Assembly: GCA_034722435.1 (NCBI GenBank)
Contig: JAYENX010000010.1
Coordinates: forward strand, 1 to 46,830
From: Nanobdellota archaeon
GTDB taxonomy: Archaea; Nanobdellota; Nanobdellia; Woesearchaeales; JAHWHD01
Direction: 5' to 3'
Length of the DNA stretch: 46,830 nucleotides
Of the stretch, positions 26,651-35,273 are shown one piece after another (positions within the stretch are counted from its first letter, which is position 1; the number at the start of each line of letters is the position of its first letter). A model generated the notes under the pieces. That model worked only from the letters and a program-made list of their open reading frames with translations. It had not been told where the DNA came from and searched no databases. A program made the position numbers and the translations under genes.

Positions 26651-26737
26651 TTTAGTTTTTTTTGAAAATGTTTTGCTTGCAGTATTTTTATTATTGATGC
26701 TAATATTAATAATAAAAAAGAAGAAAATAAAAGATGT

Positions 26738-27121
26738 TTAAGAAGATTTCCAGAGACCGTGCTTGTTACAGATTTCTCTTGCTGTGATTCCTTCAGTTGA
26801 TTCAAGATGGAATACTGCTTCTGGTTTCCAACCTGGATAAAGTTTTGCACTTGCAATTACTTTGCCGCCTCCAAGTATTTCGATTAAATCAATGTGGTGG
26901 TCTTCTTCCATTGGATGAGGTACTGAACCAACTTTAACAGTTACTTTGTTACCTTCAATTTCTATTACTGGGACATGTTTTTCCATGCCTTCATCCTTTG
27001 TTTTTGCTTCAAGAAGTTCCATTGGTTGATTGCAGCATACTAATTGACCAGGACCTGCATGGTGTACTTCGACAATGTTTCCGCAGATATTGCATTTATA
27101 TATTTCACTTACTTTTGCCAT
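26738..27121 (-). CDS. dfx: Desulfoferrodoxin (2Fe superoxide reductase)
   Basis: YKCNICGN..LVCC (desulforedoxin centre), EKHVP, HPMEEDHHI, CNKHGLW. Confidence 0.93.
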   Translation of the reverse strand: MAKVSEIYKCNICGNIVEVHHAGPGQLVCCNQPMELLEAKTKDEGMEKHVPVIEIEGNKVTVKVGSVPHPMEEDHHIDLIEILGGGKVIASAKLYPGWKPEAVFHLESTEGITAREICNKHGLWKSS

Positions 27122-27134
27122 TTTATTTTACCTC

Positions 27135-27326
27135 TTAAATTTTGCATGTGTTAATCCCAAATAATTTGTAGATTCCACATTTTCCTGTTAGTGTTGTAAT
27201 TAATAGTATTGCTGTTATTATGTATAACCATGGTGTGTATTTATAGCCTAAGTAGCCGAATACTATCGCTAAAATCATTCTTATTATTTTATCAGTTTTT
27301 CCAACATTTGTTTTCATTATTATCAC
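27135..27326 (-). CDS. DUF2892 (YgaP-like) membrane protein
   Basis: NVGKTDKIIR..TGKCGIYKLFGINTC. Confidence 0.8.
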   Translation of the reverse strand: MIIMKTNVGKTDKIIRMILAIVFGYLGYKYTPWLYIITAILLITTLTGKCGIYKLFGINTCKI

Positions 27327-27751
27327 CTCAGTTTGTCAAGTTCTTGTGCAAGAAGTTGTTCGTGTTTGGATTCTTCTTCAGAAAGTGCTAAAAGAAGCTT
27401 TTTTCCGTTTTCATCATCAACAGCTTCTGCCAATGCAATATATAATTCTTTGGCAGCTTTTTCTTGTTTTATTGCGAATTCGTACATAGTTTTTATGTCT
27501 AGAAATTCTTCAATTGATGGTAAGCCGAGTTCTTCAGAGATGTTGAGTGCATCGATTTTATCGACTTGGACATTTTCTATGTTAAGGCTCGCTAACCTTT
27601 CTTTGTGCATTTTCTCTGCTTCTGCTAACCCGCGAAGAGCACGTTTTATTTCTTCATCAGTAGCTCTTTCGGCTAAGTCATTGTAGAAATTGTAAAAGTA
27701 TTCTTCTTCTTTCATCGCTTTTTCAAGAATGAACTTCAATTGTTCGTTCAT
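27323..27751 (-). CDS. Ferritin-like/rubrerythrin-family diiron protein
   Basis: Duplicated AxxxE..FY/LY and ExxH (EKMH, ESKH) motifs. Confidence 0.85.
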   Translation of the reverse strand: MNEQLKFILEKAMKEEEYFYNFYNDLAERATDEEIKRALRGLAEAEKMHKERLASLNIENVQVDKIDALNISEELGLPSIEEFLDIKTMYEFAIKQEKAAKELYIALAEAVDDENGKKLLLALSEEESKHEQLLAQELDKLR

Positions 27752-28272
27752 TTTAATCGTACCTCTGAAAGTTTAAGATGGTCAGTTTCTACCTGTACAA
27801 GAGCGCCAAAGATTTGACGTATTCGATCATTTTCAGATTCGGCTGCTGCTTCTGCGTAGAACTTTATTGCATGGTCTTCTCTATCGTGCGATTCTTGAAG
27901 GTTAGCAGTTCGTTCAGTTGAACATTCATCTGATGTTTTTGAAATCTCGACTTTATCGAGTTTTAAAATCTTTTTCCAGATTGAGGCATGTTCGGCTTCA
28001 ACTTTGGCGAGAGCTTTGAATAAGTTTTTAGTTTCGTCGTTTTCAGCTTTAGCAGCTGCACAAAAATAAAATTCTGCATTAGATATTTCAACCTGTAAAG
28101 CTTTCTCTACATTTGCTTTATCTTTTTCGTTAAGTTCAACATCAAATGTTTCTTTGTATTCTTTAGCGTCTATCATGAAATTTTCGTAAGCTCCACAATG
28201 TGGACAACGTTTTGGTGCGTCGGTTCCAATGTACGGATCTCCGCATATTTTACATCTATATAATTTTACCAT
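27748..28272 (-). CDS. N-terminal rubredoxin-like domain plus ferritin-like domain (reverse-rubrerythrin architecture)
   Basis: YRCKICG..RCPHCGA, then EISNAEFY, EAEH, EDHA, ETDH; ATG 28272 follows a GGGGTGA RBS. Confidence 0.85.
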   Translation of the reverse strand: MVKLYRCKICGDPYIGTDAPKRCPHCGAYENFMIDAKEYKETFDVELNEKDKANVEKALQVEISNAEFYFCAAAKAENDETKNLFKALAKVEAEHASIWKKILKLDKVEISKTSDECSTERTANLQESHDREDHAIKFYAEAAAESENDRIRQIFGALVQVETDHLKLSEVRLK

Positions 28273-28327
28273 TTGGTTCACCCCATTTGTTAGTTTTTTT
28301 TAATAAATTGTATATAAATCTTATGAA

Positions 28328-28687
28328 TCATAGTGTGCAGTGTTTACAATTTGAATTTGCGCAAACTGTATTTTTTATGTTCCATTTTAGAGCCCATTTT
28401 TTAATATCTTTTATTATTTTTATAAAATCTAAACCGCTGTTCGTTAATGAATATTCACATTTAATAGGGACCTGGGAACTATCTATTCTTTTTTCAATCA
28501 TTTTTTGTGATTCAAGTTCTTTTAATCTTTCAGATAACATCTTAGGAGTGATTGTGCCCATGCACTTTTTAATTTCCGAGTAGCGTTTCCAGTTTTGTTT
28601 TCCTTTGTAAAGTTCAAGTAGAATCAATACAGTCCAGCGTTTGCCAATAAAGTCGACAGTTTTGTATATTGTACAGTCTTTATCCAT
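28328..28687 (-). CDS. HxlR/DUF24 winged-helix transcriptional regulator
   Basis: N-terminal Cys (DCTIYKTVDFIGKRW), ITPKMLSERLKELE, EYSLT; extra C-terminal CxxxxCxxC. Confidence 0.88.
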   Translation of the reverse strand: MDKDCTIYKTVDFIGKRWTVLILLELYKGKQNWKRYSEIKKCMGTITPKMLSERLKELESQKMIEKRIDSSQVPIKCEYSLTNSGLDFIKIIKDIKKWALKWNIKNTVCANSNCKHCTL

Positions 28688-28756
28688 GATATCTTTTTTG
28701 ATACTCTAACTTATATAAATAGGTTTCGTTTTTATACTTCCTATAAAAAAGATACT
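28688..28756. promoter_or_regulatory. Divergent promoter with two TAT-(A/T)6/7-GATACT boxes, candidate HxlR operators
   Basis: GATATCTTTTTTGATACT (28688-28705) and CCTATAAAAAAGATACT (28740-28756); TTATATAAATA between them. Confidence 0.35.
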
Positions 28757-28768
28757 GAGGTGTATGCT

Positions 28769-29017
28769 ATGAAAAAAATGTTAGAATCGAAGAAACTTGG
28801 CTTGGCGATAGGAATAACGGCTGCGATATATGTTGTATTCCAGGGTGCTGCTGCTGGATTATTTGGTTGGGGAACTGCTGCTGTACAGTTATTGTCTAGT
28901 TATTACCTTGGTTATGCTCCAACAGTGGTGGGGAGTATAATTGGCGGAATTTGGGCTTTTGTTGATGGTTGGATTTTTGGTGCGCTTGTTGGATATTTTT
29001 ACAATAAGTTTTGTTAA
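28769..29017 (+). CDS. Small Gly-rich membrane protein (resembles a family databases label bacteriophage holin)
   Basis: LLSSYYLGYAPTVVGSIIGGIWAFVDG..YNK pattern; GAGG RBS then ATG 28769. Confidence 0.6.
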   Translation: MKKMLESKKLGLAIGITAAIYVVFQGAAAGLFGWGTAAVQLLSSYYLGYAPTVVGSIIGGIWAFVDGWIFGALVGYFYNKFC

Positions 29018-29094
29018 TATTTTTTAAATATTTTATTAACATTTTATTTTAATTTTTATTTTATTTTTTTAAATTATTTGGAGAGTGAAAATAT

Positions 29095-29793
29095 ATGAAA
29101 CGTAATATAATCGAAATAGATGAAGAGAAATGTGTCGGGTGCGGTCTTTGTATTATGGGTTGTGATGAAGGTGCATTACAAATTATTGATGGAAAGGCGA
29201 AACTTGTTAGTAATACATATTGTGATGGGTTAGGGGATTGTATAGGTACTTGTCCAATGGATGCTTTGCATGTAGTACAGAAAGATGTTGATGAGTTTGA
29301 TTATGCTGCAACAAATAAACATCTTAAGGATATTGGTCGGGATGAGTTAAAACATAATCCTTTAGATAAGAAGGTCGAGAAAAAACATTCTGGGTGTTCA
29401 TGTCCTGGTTCTGCAGTTCATCAAATTAAGGGTTCATCTTTAAAGCAGTGGCCTGTTCAGATAAGTCTTTTACCTGTAGATGCGCCTTTTTTTGATGGGT
29501 TTGATTTGTTGATTGCTGCTGATTGCGTAGGGTTTGCTTATCCTGAGATGCAGTCTTTGATGGAGTCAAAAACTCTTTTAGTTGGATGTCCAATGCTTGA
29601 CAATATTAGTGAGTACGAAGAGAAATTTAAAGCTATTTTTACAAATAATGATGTGAAATCAGTTACAGTTGCTATGATGGAAGTTCCTTGTTGTCGTGGA
29701 TTGTTGAAGGCTGTAGAGTTTGCTGTTGAAGCGTCTGGTAAAAATGTGTTAATTACTAAAATAATAATTGGGAAGACCGGGGTAAGAAAATGA
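29095..29793 (+). CDS. 4Fe-4S ferredoxin-domain protein of the type found beside hcp
   Basis: CVGCGLCIMGC, CDGLGDCIGTCP, CSCPGS, QWPVQ, AADC, GCPMLD, MEVPCC. Confidence 0.85.
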   Translation: MKRNIIEIDEEKCVGCGLCIMGCDEGALQIIDGKAKLVSNTYCDGLGDCIGTCPMDALHVVQKDVDEFDYAATNKHLKDIGRDELKHNPLDKKVEKKHSGCSCPGSAVHQIKGSSLKQWPVQISLLPVDAPFFDGFDLLIAADCVGFAYPEMQSLMESKTLLVGCPMLDNISEYEEKFKAIFTNNDVKSVTVAMMEVPCCRGLLKAVEFAVEASGKNVLITKIIIGKTGVRK

Positions 29794-31073
29794 TGAATTG
29801 TAATCAATGTGAACAAACTTTGAAAGGTGGTTGTACTACTGTAGGGGTTTGTGGTAAAAATGAAGATATTGCGAGTTTGCAAGATACAGTTATTTATGCG
29901 TTAAAAGGAATTGCTGCATACGCGTATCATGCAAGGGAGTTAGGTTATCATGATGAAACAGTGGATGCTTTTATGCATAAAGCTTTGTTTTCAACATTAA
30001 CTAATGTGAATTTTAATTTGCAAGAACATATTGCACTTGCACTTGAGACTGGTTCAGTTACAATTAAAGCGATGGAGTTGCTTGATAAGGCGCATACTGA
30101 TAAACTTGGAATGCCTGAACCGAGTTCTGTTGAACAAAATAAAGTAGAGGGTAAAGCTATTCTTGTTACAGGGCACGATCTTTTTGCACTTAAGAAATTG
30201 TTAGAGCAATCTGAAGGTAAAGGTGTTAATATTTATACACATTCGGAAATGTTGCCTGCACATTCGTATCCTGAATTGAAAAAGTTTAAGCATATGAAAG
30301 GTAATATTGGAAAGAGCTGGACTGATCAAAGAGTACTTTTTGAAAAGTTTCAAGGTGCTATTTTAGGGACTACTAATTGTGTTGTTCCTGTTCTGGGGAA
30401 TTATGCTGAGAGGATGTTTACTTATGGTATTGCAGGACTTGAAAAGGTTAAGAAAATAGAGAATGAGGATTTTTCTCCTTTGATTGAAAAAGCTTTAAGT
30501 TTGCCTGATGTTGAAATGGTTGAAACTGGTAAGTTAACGACTGGGTTTCATCATAGTACTATTTTGGCGCTTGCTCCTAAAATTTTAGAAGCTGTTAAAT
30601 CTGGAAAGATAAAACGGTTTTTTGTGATTGCTGGATGCGACGCTCCTGGTACAGGTAATGATTATTTTGGAGATTTAGCCAGGACGTTACCTGATGATGT
30701 TGTGATTTTAACTTCGGCTTGTGGTAAGTTTAGGTTTAATGATCATGGTTTTGGTGATATAGATGGTCTCCCTAGACTTATTGATGTTGGTCAGTGTAAT
30801 AATTCGATAAGTTTGATAAAAGTTGCAACTGGACTTGCTGAAGCTTTGGATTGTGGTGTTAATGATTTACCTTTAACAATTGTTTTATCGTGGTTTGAAC
30901 AGAAAGCTGTGGCGATTTTACTTGGACTTTTTAGTCTTGGGGTAAAGAATGTTTGGCTTGGTGCAAAGGCGCCTGAATTCTTAACGTCTGGAGTTGTTAA
31001 AGTGTTGCAGGATAGTTTTAATCTTCAGCTTACGACCAATGTTGAAGACGACCTTAAGAAGATGCTGGGTTAA
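29790..31073 (+). CDS. hcp: Hybrid cluster protein (hydroxylamine/NO reductase), short class III-like form
   Basis: C-x2-C-x7-C-x5-C, TGHD, HSEMLPAH, TTNC, AGCD, GQCN, WFEQKA; 427 aa. Confidence 0.93.
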   Translation: MMNCNQCEQTLKGGCTTVGVCGKNEDIASLQDTVIYALKGIAAYAYHARELGYHDETVDAFMHKALFSTLTNVNFNLQEHIALALETGSVTIKAMELLDKAHTDKLGMPEPSSVEQNKVEGKAILVTGHDLFALKKLLEQSEGKGVNIYTHSEMLPAHSYPELKKFKHMKGNIGKSWTDQRVLFEKFQGAILGTTNCVVPVLGNYAERMFTYGIAGLEKVKKIENEDFSPLIEKALSLPDVEMVETGKLTTGFHHSTILALAPKILEAVKSGKIKRFFVIAGCDAPGTGNDYFGDLARTLPDDVVILTSACGKFRFNDHGFGDIDGLPRLIDVGQCNNSISLIKVATGLAEALDCGVNDLPLTIVLSWFEQKAVAILLGLFSLGVKNVWLGAKAPEFLTSGVVKVLQDSFNLQLTTNVEDDLKKMLG

Positions 31074-31143
31074 TATTTTTATTTTTTCTTTAGTTTTTTT
31101 AATTTAATTTGCTTTTTTTTAAATTTAATATATTTCTTTTAAT

Positions 31144-32247
31144 TTAAACAAGTCCTAGAACAACTATAATTCCTAGACCAAGCATTACTATACCTGTAAT
31201 AAGGTGAAGAATTCTTATGTTTCTTTCTTTCCATTCTTTTGCTTTTTCTATATTAGTAAATCCATAGAATAGTAGTAATGTTATTATTAATAGTGGAAGG
31301 ATAAAGAAAATGTTGTAAATTAAAAGGATTGGGATGGCTGCTAATTGTGTAGTTTTTTCAGCAAGTAAAGCCAGGATAAATAAATATGGTCCTCCAGTGC
31401 AGGGTAGTTCGAAAAAGCATACAACGAATCCTAGTAAAAATGCGCCAAATGGGGTAGTTGCTCTTCCTAAGAGTTTCTTTAGTGTAGGTCGCCATCTTCT
31501 AGGTATTTCCATGACAAAGCCGAAAGCTCCGTATTTGAAGAAATCTTTAATGTTGAATATTCCAATTATTATCGCTAGGAATCCTATTACTTTGTAAAAG
31601 TAGAATGATAATCCTGATATTTGAATTGCGGAGAATAATCCTAGACCGAATAAGAAATAAATAATGTATATTGAAACTGTGAATGCAAGTCCTGCTTTGA
31701 GTACTTTTTTCTTATCACCTGTTGCGAGTAATGCGCCAAGAAGTATTAAAAGTACTGCGATTGCACAAGGGTTTACGGAGTCTACGATTGCTGCTCCGAT
31801 AATTGTTGCCCATGATAATGTTTCTAGTTTTTCTTTAGGTGATGAAGGTCCTTCGATTCCTGTTTTGTTGTTTTCTGTTTTAAGGGTTGGACATGAAATT
31901 CCACGATTTTTTTCAACTAGTTCTGGGAAATTGTCAAGTATAGGTGTATCTCCTGTTAAAGATATATCGTTAATGAAAAGCGCAGGTACCCCTCTTTTGT
32001 TTCGCGGTACATCGTAAATATCAAAATATTTTTCTAAAAGAACTAGGTTTGATCTATTATCGTAAACTTCAAAATGTATTATGTTTAAGTCTGCATCGTT
32101 GGTTTCCATATATTCGATGAATGGTTCAACTCTGCCACAGTGAGGGCATCCTTTCCCGTAAAAAAAGTATGCGCATGTGTCTGCAGATGCTATATTTATG
32201 ATTAATAAAGAGAATATTAGAATAGGTAATAATAACTTTAACTTCAT
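31144..32247 (-). CDS. Thioredoxin/glutaredoxin-like (CPHC) domain fused to a CcdA/DsbD-type transmembrane domain
   Basis: Signal peptide, GCPHC, DSVNPCAIAV, ELPCTGGPY, multiple TM helices. Confidence 0.85.
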   Translation of the reverse strand: MKLKLLLPILIFSLLIINIASADTCAYFFYGKGCPHCGRVEPFIEYMETNDADLNIIHFEVYDNRSNLVLLEKYFDIYDVPRNKRGVPALFINDISLTGDTPILDNFPELVEKNRGISCPTLKTENNKTGIEGPSSPKEKLETLSWATIIGAAIVDSVNPCAIAVLLILLGALLATGDKKKVLKAGLAFTVSIYIIYFLFGLGLFSAIQISGLSFYFYKVIGFLAIIIGIFNIKDFFKYGAFGFVMEIPRRWRPTLKKLLGRATTPFGAFLLGFVVCFFELPCTGGPYLFILALLAEKTTQLAAIPILLIYNIFFILPLLIITLLLFYGFTNIEKAKEWKERNIRILHLITGIVMLGLGIIVVLGLV

Positions 32248-32327
32248 CTTAAGTTGTTTTATTTTATTTATTTTATATAAATTTATTGAAAATTTTGTGT
32301 CGTGTTAGGATTTTGTGTTTATTGTAA

Positions 32328-32630
32328 TTATTTATGGTTGATAAGTTTGAAGTTTCCGCCTTGGATTCTGATGGCTTTACCATTGATGATTGCATCTGCT
32401 ATCTTTTTTCTTGCAGAAAGTATTAATCGGTGGAATGTGGGTTGTGAGATGTTCATTTTTTCGGCTGCAATGTTTTGGTCAAGACCTTCGAGATCTTTTA
32501 ATCTCACAGCTTCGTATTCTTCTATTTTTAAAATCGTTTCACCGAGTTCTCTTTTTTGTACACCTGCAGGTTTGAAGTAGGTAAAATCCGGATTTCTACC
32601 CACTCTTCTGCATCTTCTTGGTCTTGGCAT
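32328..32630 (-). CDS. DUF134 domain protein
   Basis: MPRPRRCRRV..YFKP..EYEAVRLKD..AAEKMNISQPTFHRLI..ADAIINGKAIRI. Confidence 0.9.
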   Translation of the reverse strand: MPRPRRCRRVGRNPDFTYFKPAGVQKRELGETILKIEEYEAVRLKDLEGLDQNIAAEKMNISQPTFHRLILSARKKIADAIINGKAIRIQGGNFKLINHK

Positions 32631-32927
32631 TTATAGTTCCTTTAGCTCTTTTTCAATTTGTTCTTTTTCTGCTTCTAAAACTTTTCGTTTTTCTTCAGCT
32701 GTAAATTCAACAAATTTACTCCTGATTAATCCTGCACCTCTTCCGAAGCCACGACCTTGACCCCTTCCAAAACCTCTTCCTTGGCCTCTCCCAGAACTGT
32801 TCTGGTTTCTTCCTAATTTTGGTTCTGTACTTTTCCATCCTGGTTCATTTGAACCTGAACAAAGGCCTAGGCCACGACCTGTTTTTGGTCCTTCTCCTTG
32901 AGGACCTGTTTTATCTCCATTTGGCAT
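32631..32927 (-). CDS. DUF5320 family Gly/Arg-rich protein
   Basis: MPNGDKTGPQGEGPKTGRGLGLC, GRG repeats, C-terminal coiled coil; GGAGGT RBS; stop abuts the DUF134 ATG. Confidence 0.85.
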   Translation of the reverse strand: MPNGDKTGPQGEGPKTGRGLGLCSGSNEPGWKSTEPKLGRNQNSSGRGQGRGFGRGQGRGFGRGAGLIRSKFVEFTAEEKRKVLEAEKEQIEKELKEL

Positions 32928-32952
32928 GTAAACCACCTCCATGGTTTGTTTT

Positions 32953-32991
32953 GTGCGTTATAATGAATATATATTCATTAAACTATATAAA
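32953..32991 (-). promoter_or_regulatory. TATA box (TTTATATA, 32991-32984) followed by a perfect 20-bp palindrome TAATGAATATATATTCATTA and an overlapping second site
   Basis: Palindrome 32961-32980; GTGCGTTATAATGAAT at 32953-32968 matches the 5239-5254 palindrome at 13/16. Confidence 0.65.
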
Positions 32992-33033
32992 CCTTTTGGT
33001 GTTTTTGTATATTTTTAGAGAATTTTGCAGTTT

Positions 33034-34791
33034 TTAGTGTTCAGATACTTTCCATAGTTCTTGGTAGTATTTGTTTTTGTTTAATAGAACTTTATGAGTT
33101 CCTTCTCCAACTATTCTGCCTTTGCTCATGACAATAATTCTGTCAAATAGATACATGGATGAGATTCTATGGGTTATGGCAATAAGCGTTACTTCCCTTG
33201 ATAGGTTTTTTAGTGCTTGGTGAATATTTTTTTCAGTTATTACGTCAAGGTTTGAGGTGGCTTCGTCTAATACTAGAATTTGTGGTTTTGCAAGTAATGC
33301 TCGTGCAATGCACATTCTTTGTTTTTCTCCACCGCTTAGTTTAACACCATTCGGACCTACGATAGTGTTGAGTTTGTTAGGTAGGGTATCAACGAATTTC
33401 CAAATAGCTGCTTTTTCGAGAGCGTTTTTTATTTCTTTTTCAGTTACCTTTTTTGGGCTAGTGAGTTTTAAGTTTTCGTTGATTGTGGTGTTTATTAATT
33501 TACTATCCTGAGGAACTATTTTAACCAAATTGTATAAATCCTCGGATTTTATGTCTTTAATGCTGATGTCTCCTATTTTTATATCTCCTTTAAGAGGGAG
33601 GTAAAGTTTTAAGAATAGTTTGACAAGTGTAGATTTTCCAGAACCGCTTAGACCGACTATGGCTAATCTTTCGCCTTTTTTGATTTGAAAGTTAATGTTT
33701 TTAAGAGCTGTTTCTCTTTGTTCTGAATATTTGAACATAAGATTTTTGAATTTTATTGTGTCCCATACTTTGACTTTTTTAGGGTGTATAGGTTCTTTTA
33801 TTTTTGGTTTGTTTTCATAAATTAATGACATTCTATACATAGCACTTCTTTTGCCTAACATTTCGTGATAATTGTTCCAGAATGATCGGGCGTATTTACT
33901 TATTTTTGCAATAAATCCATAGATCATTACAGCTATACCTATACTCATATCTGTGTTCATGACCTGAATTGCCAGATATGTAAGGATTCCAACAGTTGAT
34001 ATGTCAATGATAAGTTGTGCTGTTGCTACCTTTATTCTTTCATATCTGCGAGATTTTCTTTCAGTATTGATAATGTTGTCATAAGCTTTTGTGAGTATTT
34101 TCATTAATTTTTCTCGAATGTTGAGAAGTTTGACGATTACTATATTTTGAAAAAAGTCGAATACTTTTCCGTATATCTTTTCACCTTCGCTATGAACTTG
34201 GCTTTCGAGGATTATGAGTTTTCTTGTTGTTAAAAAACCGTGAAGAAAGTATAATGCCACAGTGGCGGTGATAGCAACGGCAGATATCCAGTTAAGTTGA
34301 ATTAGGATGAATAACGAGAAGAGGATGCCGAAGATTTGTATGATTGTGTTCCTATAAAAGATTTTTAAGAAATCTTTAATACCGTCGCTTCCTGATTTAA
34401 TTTTTGTGAAGATTGATCCTAACTGGTGGTTTTCATAGAATTCAAAGTCCATTTTGAAAAGATAATCTATAGTTTTTATTTGTGCCTGGTTTTTTATTTG
34501 GGATGCTATAACTTTTGTTTTGTAAGATATGATGTTTTTTAGAATGTGGTAACCTAAATAGCTTAAAGCTGTAAGTCCTAGTAACGCGTATATGTTTCGG
34601 AATGCTTTGTTTGTGAGGTTGTCAATTATTAGTCCGTAAAGGTAAGGAGGGGCTATTGCGAACACTGCGACTATGATTGATAGTAAGAAATATATGACTA
34701 GTTGTTTTCTGTACTTCTCTCCGTAGAACCAAATATCTTTGAACTGTTTTTTCAAAGGATATTTTTTGTTAATATCCACCTCTTTTGGCAT
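33034..34791 (-). CDS. ABC exporter, fused permease/ATP-binding protein
   Basis: N-terminal TM domain; GLSGSGKS, LSGGEKQR, ILVLDEATS, AITHR. Confidence 0.93.
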   Translation of the reverse strand: MPKEVDINKKYPLKKQFKDIWFYGEKYRKQLVIYFLLSIIVAVFAIAPPYLYGLIIDNLTNKAFRNIYALLGLTALSYLGYHILKNIISYKTKVIASQIKNQAQIKTIDYLFKMDFEFYENHQLGSIFTKIKSGSDGIKDFLKIFYRNTIIQIFGILFSLFILIQLNWISAVAITATVALYFLHGFLTTRKLIILESQVHSEGEKIYGKVFDFFQNIVIVKLLNIREKLMKILTKAYDNIINTERKSRRYERIKVATAQLIIDISTVGILTYLAIQVMNTDMSIGIAVMIYGFIAKISKYARSFWNNYHEMLGKRSAMYRMSLIYENKPKIKEPIHPKKVKVWDTIKFKNLMFKYSEQRETALKNINFQIKKGERLAIVGLSGSGKSTLVKLFLKLYLPLKGDIKIGDISIKDIKSEDLYNLVKIVPQDSKLINTTINENLKLTSPKKVTEKEIKNALEKAAIWKFVDTLPNKLNTIVGPNGVKLSGGEKQRMCIARALLAKPQILVLDEATSNLDVITEKNIHQALKNLSREVTLIAITHRISSMYLFDRIIVMSKGRIVGEGTHKVLLNKNKYYQELWKVSEH

Positions 34792-34923
34792 GATGTTTTT
34801 ATTAGGTTGTTTGTTTATATACTTTGCTTTTTAATACTGTTATGAGAGGTGAGTGTTTGGTATGTTGTTGTGAGTATCTGAAAAACAGTAAATTTATTAA
34901 ACCTCATTAATCTATAAATCTTT

Positions 34924-35205
34924 ATGAAAGATGTAAATGAAGATGTTCAAGAGATTTTAAAATTATATGGGAATTCGATGAATGATAAGAAAAAGTTTTA
35001 TCATATTTTAGAGCAAATAGGAAAACATATTATTAAATTAACGAAGCTTAAAGAGAATGAAGATAGGCCTGGCCATTTTAATGAAGAAGTTGCAGATATG
35101 TATATATTAGCAAAAGCTTTGTTTGAATTAGAAAAAATTGATGATAACACTTTAGATTCTGCGTCTAAACATTTCGTGGAAAAAATTAAAGAAATTTATG
35201 GTTGA
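34924..35205 (+). CDS. MazG-like all-alpha NTP pyrophosphatase-fold protein
   Basis: EEVADMYIL motif in a helical 93-aa protein; first acidic motif looks degenerate. Confidence 0.5.
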   Translation: MKDVNEDVQEILKLYGNSMNDKKKFYHILEQIGKHIIKLTKLKENEDRPGHFNEEVADMYILAKALFELEKIDDNTLDSASKHFVEKIKEIYG

Positions 35206-35273
35206 ATATTTATCGATAGTTAATAGTTAGATTTACAACAATCTTTATATACCCTTTAAACTAATTCTTGTTC

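Noticed and set aside
26647-26856. 69-aa ORF between dfx and ogg
   Set aside because: Overlaps dfx out of frame; the remainder is a U-rich terminator-like tract
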